Below, in pieces: positions 60,634 through 64,000 of a stretch of DNA of 64,000 bases. The notes beneath the pieces are model-generated. The model was not told the DNA's origin. It worked only from the letters and a program-made list of their open reading frames with translations, and made no database searches. Origin of the DNA: Desulfatiglandales bacterium (GTDB lineage: Bacteria; Desulfobacterota; DSM-4660; Desulfatiglandales; HGW-15); contig CAXXJJ010000001.1 of assembly GCA_963667015.2 (NCBI GenBank), positions 1,856,001-1,920,000 on the forward strand, written 5' to 3'. The position numbers and the translations under genes are program-made. Each line of letters opens with the position of its first letter. The first letter of the stretch is position 1.

Positions 60634-60866
60634 ACCCCCTGCTTGAAAATTCTTTCTTTTTTCCGCCAACTTTATTTCATTTATTGGAGTTTTTTGACTC
60701 TTCTTCTGAAAAGAATTCGTAAGTATAATTAATTTTCTTCCTTGAAAGAAACCAAGTAAACGGAATGTGTTATTTCCTGCATCAACTCTGACTTCCCAAA
60801 TGTCATCAGTGTCTTTGAGTTTCTTGAAATATTTTGCCGGAACCAAATCTAATTCCCGTACCAATT
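60634..60866 (-). pseudogene. 5'-truncated near-identical copy of the Gp49-like toxin at 32439-32783
   Basis: Matches ~32441-32677 ([17 protein letters not shown]...KLAEKRK). Confidence 0.85.
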
Positions 60867-61032
60867 CCCACATGTTGATAATCAGGGTTAGTGCCTCCAT
60901 TTTTATGAACCTCAAATAAATAGTATGGACCAAGTTCGCTTTTTTGTTTTTCAATTTCTGAAAAATATTTGTATATATCTTCGAATTTTTCAATTAAGCA
61001 ATATTGAAACAGCGTTAAACCTTTATCTCTCT

Positions 61033-61647
61033 TCATGGCATTTTCGTAATAACCTCATCTACCAGTTTGTATCCCCTGGCTTCCTTTTCTGTAAAAAATA
61101 TGTATTCTTCTTCAAGCGGAAACCACTCTTCAGGCAAATCGGCTTTTTCCCTGTATACTGCATCATATTTATCAGATTCAAACTGTAAAACTTTTTCTAT
61201 AGCACCTTTATCTCCCGCGCTTTTACCGGTATGCATAACAAAATTTGTATCAGGGAACGCATACCTCTTACCGGTTGCAGCAGCATATATAGCTATACAA
61301 GGGACGTAGCAGGCCCCGGTGGCTATAACATCAACAGGTTTTTCAGATTCGGCTATACCTTTGATAACATCATCTACCATTTTGTCCAACGATGTTCTGC
61401 TTGCGCTTATTGTACCAATAATTATCAGTATCCTATCAATATTGTCATCATTGTTGAATAGGTTTATCTTCCTGGCAGTATTAACTCTATGAGTCATGTC
61501 TCCGGACAGGTATATGTACCCGTTTTCCGCTTCATGGGACGCAAGCCATACCTCAACAGGTTCATCAAATTCAGGGAGTTGAACTAAAAAAGAACATCCG
61601 GAAGAAAAAAAACACAGGCATATAAAAACAGTAAAAAACCTTATCAT
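61033..61647 (-). CDS. ClpP-fold lipoprotein (catalytic Ser replaced, His kept)
   Basis: Lipobox SSGC18; GYIYLSG, CYVPC at the ASM position, GKRYAFPDTNFVMH, FTEKEARGYKLVD. Confidence 0.8.
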   Translation of the reverse strand: MIRFFTVFICLCFFSSGCSFLVQLPEFDEPVEVWLASHEAENGYIYLSGDMTHRVNTARKINLFNNDDNIDRILIIIGTISASRTSLDKMVDDVIKGIAESEKPVDVIATGACYVPCIAIYAAATGKRYAFPDTNFVMHTGKSAGDKGAIEKVLQFESDKYDAVYREKADLPEEWFPLEEEYIFFTEKEARGYKLVDEVITKMP

Positions 61648-61725
61648 TGTTTCTCCTTTTTCTTATATTTGCAATCAGGCAATCAGGGATTATTTCTCGA
61701 TTATCGATTCTTCTATTTCATTTAT

Positions 61726-62334
61726 TCATGGAAGTTCCGTAATGATTTCATCTATCACATTATATTCCATGGCCTCCTTTGCTGAAAAAAGTCTTTTCCG
61801 GCCTGTAAGCGGAAACCATTCTTCCGGCATATCCGCCTTTTCCCGCATGATTTTGTTAATCATAGAAGTCACAAATTGCTTTTCCTTTTCATCTTTATTT
61901 TTATAGGCAGACCTGGGAAAAGGTGCGTGGACCATAAAAGTTGCATCAGGAAACGAGTATCTTTTACCTGTCGCGGACAGGAAAATTGAAACCCCCATAC
62001 TCGCACACTGGTTAAGATTAATCGTATCAATAACTTTATTCGACATATTCATAGCATTAATAATTGCACGACCTGGAATTGTACTTCCTCCCGGGGAATC
62101 TATAACTATTCTTATCCGTTCAATACTGTCGAGTTTATTAAGTTCAACTATCTTCGGTATAATTTCTGATGATGTTGTTGATCGTATCGGTCCCATCAAA
62201 TATATGTACCCAGCTTTTGCCTCAGGCGATAGCAGCCATTTATCAATGGGGGTATCTTCTTCCATCTGGATAAACGACACACAACCTGAAAGGAAAAAGA
62301 ACAGGCATATCAATATGGACAATCGCTTTGTCAT
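61726..62334 (-). CDS. ClpP-fold lipoprotein with Ser and His intact
   Basis: Lipobox LSGC18; IDSPGG, CASMG, GKRYSFPDATFMVHAP, FSAKEAMEYNVID. Confidence 0.85.
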   Translation of the reverse strand: MTKRLSILICLFFFLSGCVSFIQMEEDTPIDKWLLSPEAKAGYIYLMGPIRSTTSSEIIPKIVELNKLDSIERIRIVIDSPGGSTIPGRAIINAMNMSNKVIDTINLNQCASMGVSIFLSATGKRYSFPDATFMVHAPFPRSAYKNKDEKEKQFVTSMINKIMREKADMPEEWFPLTGRKRLFSAKEAMEYNVIDEIITELP

Positions 62335-62404
62335 TTCAGCTCCTTTCTTTATAGGTGTTCACAAAATTATCCTGAAGCTGGCAATGCCGGCTCTTTCCAA
62401 CACG

Positions 62405-63010
62405 TTACGGCAATTCTGTGATAATTTCATTTACCAGTCCAAATTCCTTGGCTTCCTTTGCAGTAAAAAAGGTTACTTCGTTTTCTTTGGAATAATATTC
62501 TTCAGGCAAACCGGTGTTTTCCCTTATAAGGTCTGCATATCTATCAATTTTAAACTCCAGGAGTTTTTCTATTTCAGATCTGTTTTCTTTAAGTTTCCTG
62601 CTGATAAGTTTATAGGCCGAATCCGGAAACGCATATCTTCTGCCTGTTGCCGAAGCGTATAAAGCGACACAGGCCGGTCCGGAACAGCCTCCGATGTTTA
62701 TGACATCAACAGGCTTTTTTGAAATACTTATACACCTCATCAATTCATCAAACATCGGCTCTGCTGACTCACCGGATCCATCTATTACAAGCCTTATTCT
62801 TTCAATATCATCATTTTTATTCAGTTCATTAACTTTGATAAATAATTCTGATATTTTCATTGGTATTATGGCTGGCAAATAGATATATCCGGTTTTCGCT
62901 CCGGGGGTTTCCAGCCATTGGTCAACAGGGAGGCTGGAATAAGAATGCGTCATCCCACAGCCGCTAATAAAAATGCACAGGCATATCAATATAAATAAAC
63001 GCTTAATCAT
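62405..63010 (-). CDS. ClpP-fold lipoprotein (degenerate active site)
   Basis: Lipobox ISGC18; CSGPAC, GRRYAFPDS, no His, FTAKEAKEFGLVN. Confidence 0.8.
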   Translation of the reverse strand: MIKRLFILICLCIFISGCGMTHSYSSLPVDQWLETPGAKTGYIYLPAIIPMKISELFIKVNELNKNDDIERIRLVIDGSGESAEPMFDELMRCISISKKPVDVINIGGCSGPACVALYASATGRRYAFPDSAYKLISRKLKENRSEIEKLLEFKIDRYADLIRENTGLPEEYYSKENEVTFFTAKEAKEFGLVNEIITELP

Positions 63011-63112
63011 TTTATTATCCTAATATAGAGGTTCAAAGTTTCAGATCTATCGACCTGTTACACCTAAATTTTTTAAAGCCAGTTCCTGATTGGTATAACT
63101 CATTGCCCACTT

Positions 63113-63718
63113 TCAGGGCACAGTGATAATGTCATCTACCAGTCGGTATTCCAGAGCTTCCTTACCTGTAATAACAATCCATTCCTTTCCCTGTGAAAAT
63201 AATTTTTCAATATGATTCGCTTCATCCATAAAAGCCGCTTTGACTATACTAGGATCATGACGGATGATTTTTTCTATAGTGGCCCGTTCACTGTCACTTT
63301 CGCCGGAAATAATAAATTTTGTATCTTCAAACGAATACCGATTGCCGGTTGCGGCAGCATATATATCAATGCACCTGCCGTAACAGTATCCTGCCGCGAT
63401 GATATCAACAGGTTTCCTGGAAAGGGTGATTGTATTGATAAGATTATCTACAGAGGCAGCTTCCCCTCTGGTATTATTTATAACCACTAGTATTCTATCA
63501 ATATTTGGATCATAGTTTAAAAGGTGGATATAATTCGTAACTTTCAATATCCTCGAATATAGAAACTCCCCGTATACATAAATATAACCGCTTTTTGCGT
63601 TGGGGGATAAATGCCACTTTTGCATGAATGAAATGTTATCGTTCGGGTAATAAGTATAGACGCACCCGGAAATAAAAAACAGGAGAAGGCATATGACGAC
63701 GGTATATTTTTTTATCAT
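63113..63718 (-). CDS. ClpP-fold lipoprotein (degenerate active site)
   Basis: Lipobox ISGC19; CYGRC, GNRYSFED, no His, ITGKEALEYRLVD. Confidence 0.78.
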   Translation of the reverse strand: MIKKYTVVICLLLFFISGCVYTYYPNDNISFMQKWHLSPNAKSGYIYVYGEFLYSRILKVTNYIHLLNYDPNIDRILVVINNTRGEAASVDNLINTITLSRKPVDIIAAGYCYGRCIDIYAAATGNRYSFEDTKFIISGESDSERATIEKIIRHDPSIVKAAFMDEANHIEKLFSQGKEWIVITGKEALEYRLVDDIITVP

Positions 63719-64000
63719 TTAATCCTCTTTTTTAAAGATATGGAGATAGATGAAACCCAAACTCACCCGGAAGCAATAAAACGATAATAGGATATTTTAT
63801 CATTTGTATCCCTCCATGATACATAGGACGCGTGATTTACATCATTCGTCCAACGTGCTGGCTGCCGCCAACCTGTTTAATTTGTTTTTGACTGCTTACT
63901 TTCAATTATTGATTTTAAAGACTTGATGCTTTTTGAGTTTCTATTTTTATTCATTAAAAGTTGTCTTTAATATATCCAGTACTTCTCTCCAACTTAATAC

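Noticed and set aside
60867..60993. Full-length 120-aa toxin ORF 60631-60993
   Set aside because: Chimeric: toxin similarity stops at ~60866 and the upstream part is unrelated sequence.
61648..63112. ClpP-fold genes as integron cassettes
   Set aside because: The spacers between them show no RYYYAAC...GTTRRRY palindromes; tandem duplication fits better.

Overview
Low-GC bacterial chromosome segment; gene content (hyp operon, tungsten AOR family, Rex, corrinoid methyltransferase family) suggests an anaerobe, probably Desulfobacterota (inference). Layout: (1) 1-8.7 kb: DUF885 gene, a complete [NiFe]-hydrogenase maturation operon hypC-F-D-E-A-B, a vapBC-type pair and tRNA-Gln/tRNA-Glu. (2) ~8.7-34.4 kb: a decaying accessory region with many toxin-antitoxin modules, an IS1380 and an IS630 (both with visible IRs and target duplications), several pseudogenes, a candidate nuclease-PIN defence pair and attC-like sites, but no integrase. 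(3) 34.5-59.6 kb: metabolic and transport genes (Tat-ferredoxin plus AOR, molybdopterin oxidoreductase, TonB receptor, atypical Rex, glycerophospholipid catabolism, MFS, and an FNT channel with a long structured leader). (4) 59.6-64 kb: an integron-type methyltransferase cassette joined to a toxin-gene copy, then four tandem ClpP-fold paralogues that all carry lipoprotein signal peptides and have mostly degenerate catalytic triads. That array is the best candidate for an undescribed system. All family calls are by motif recognition, with no database searches.
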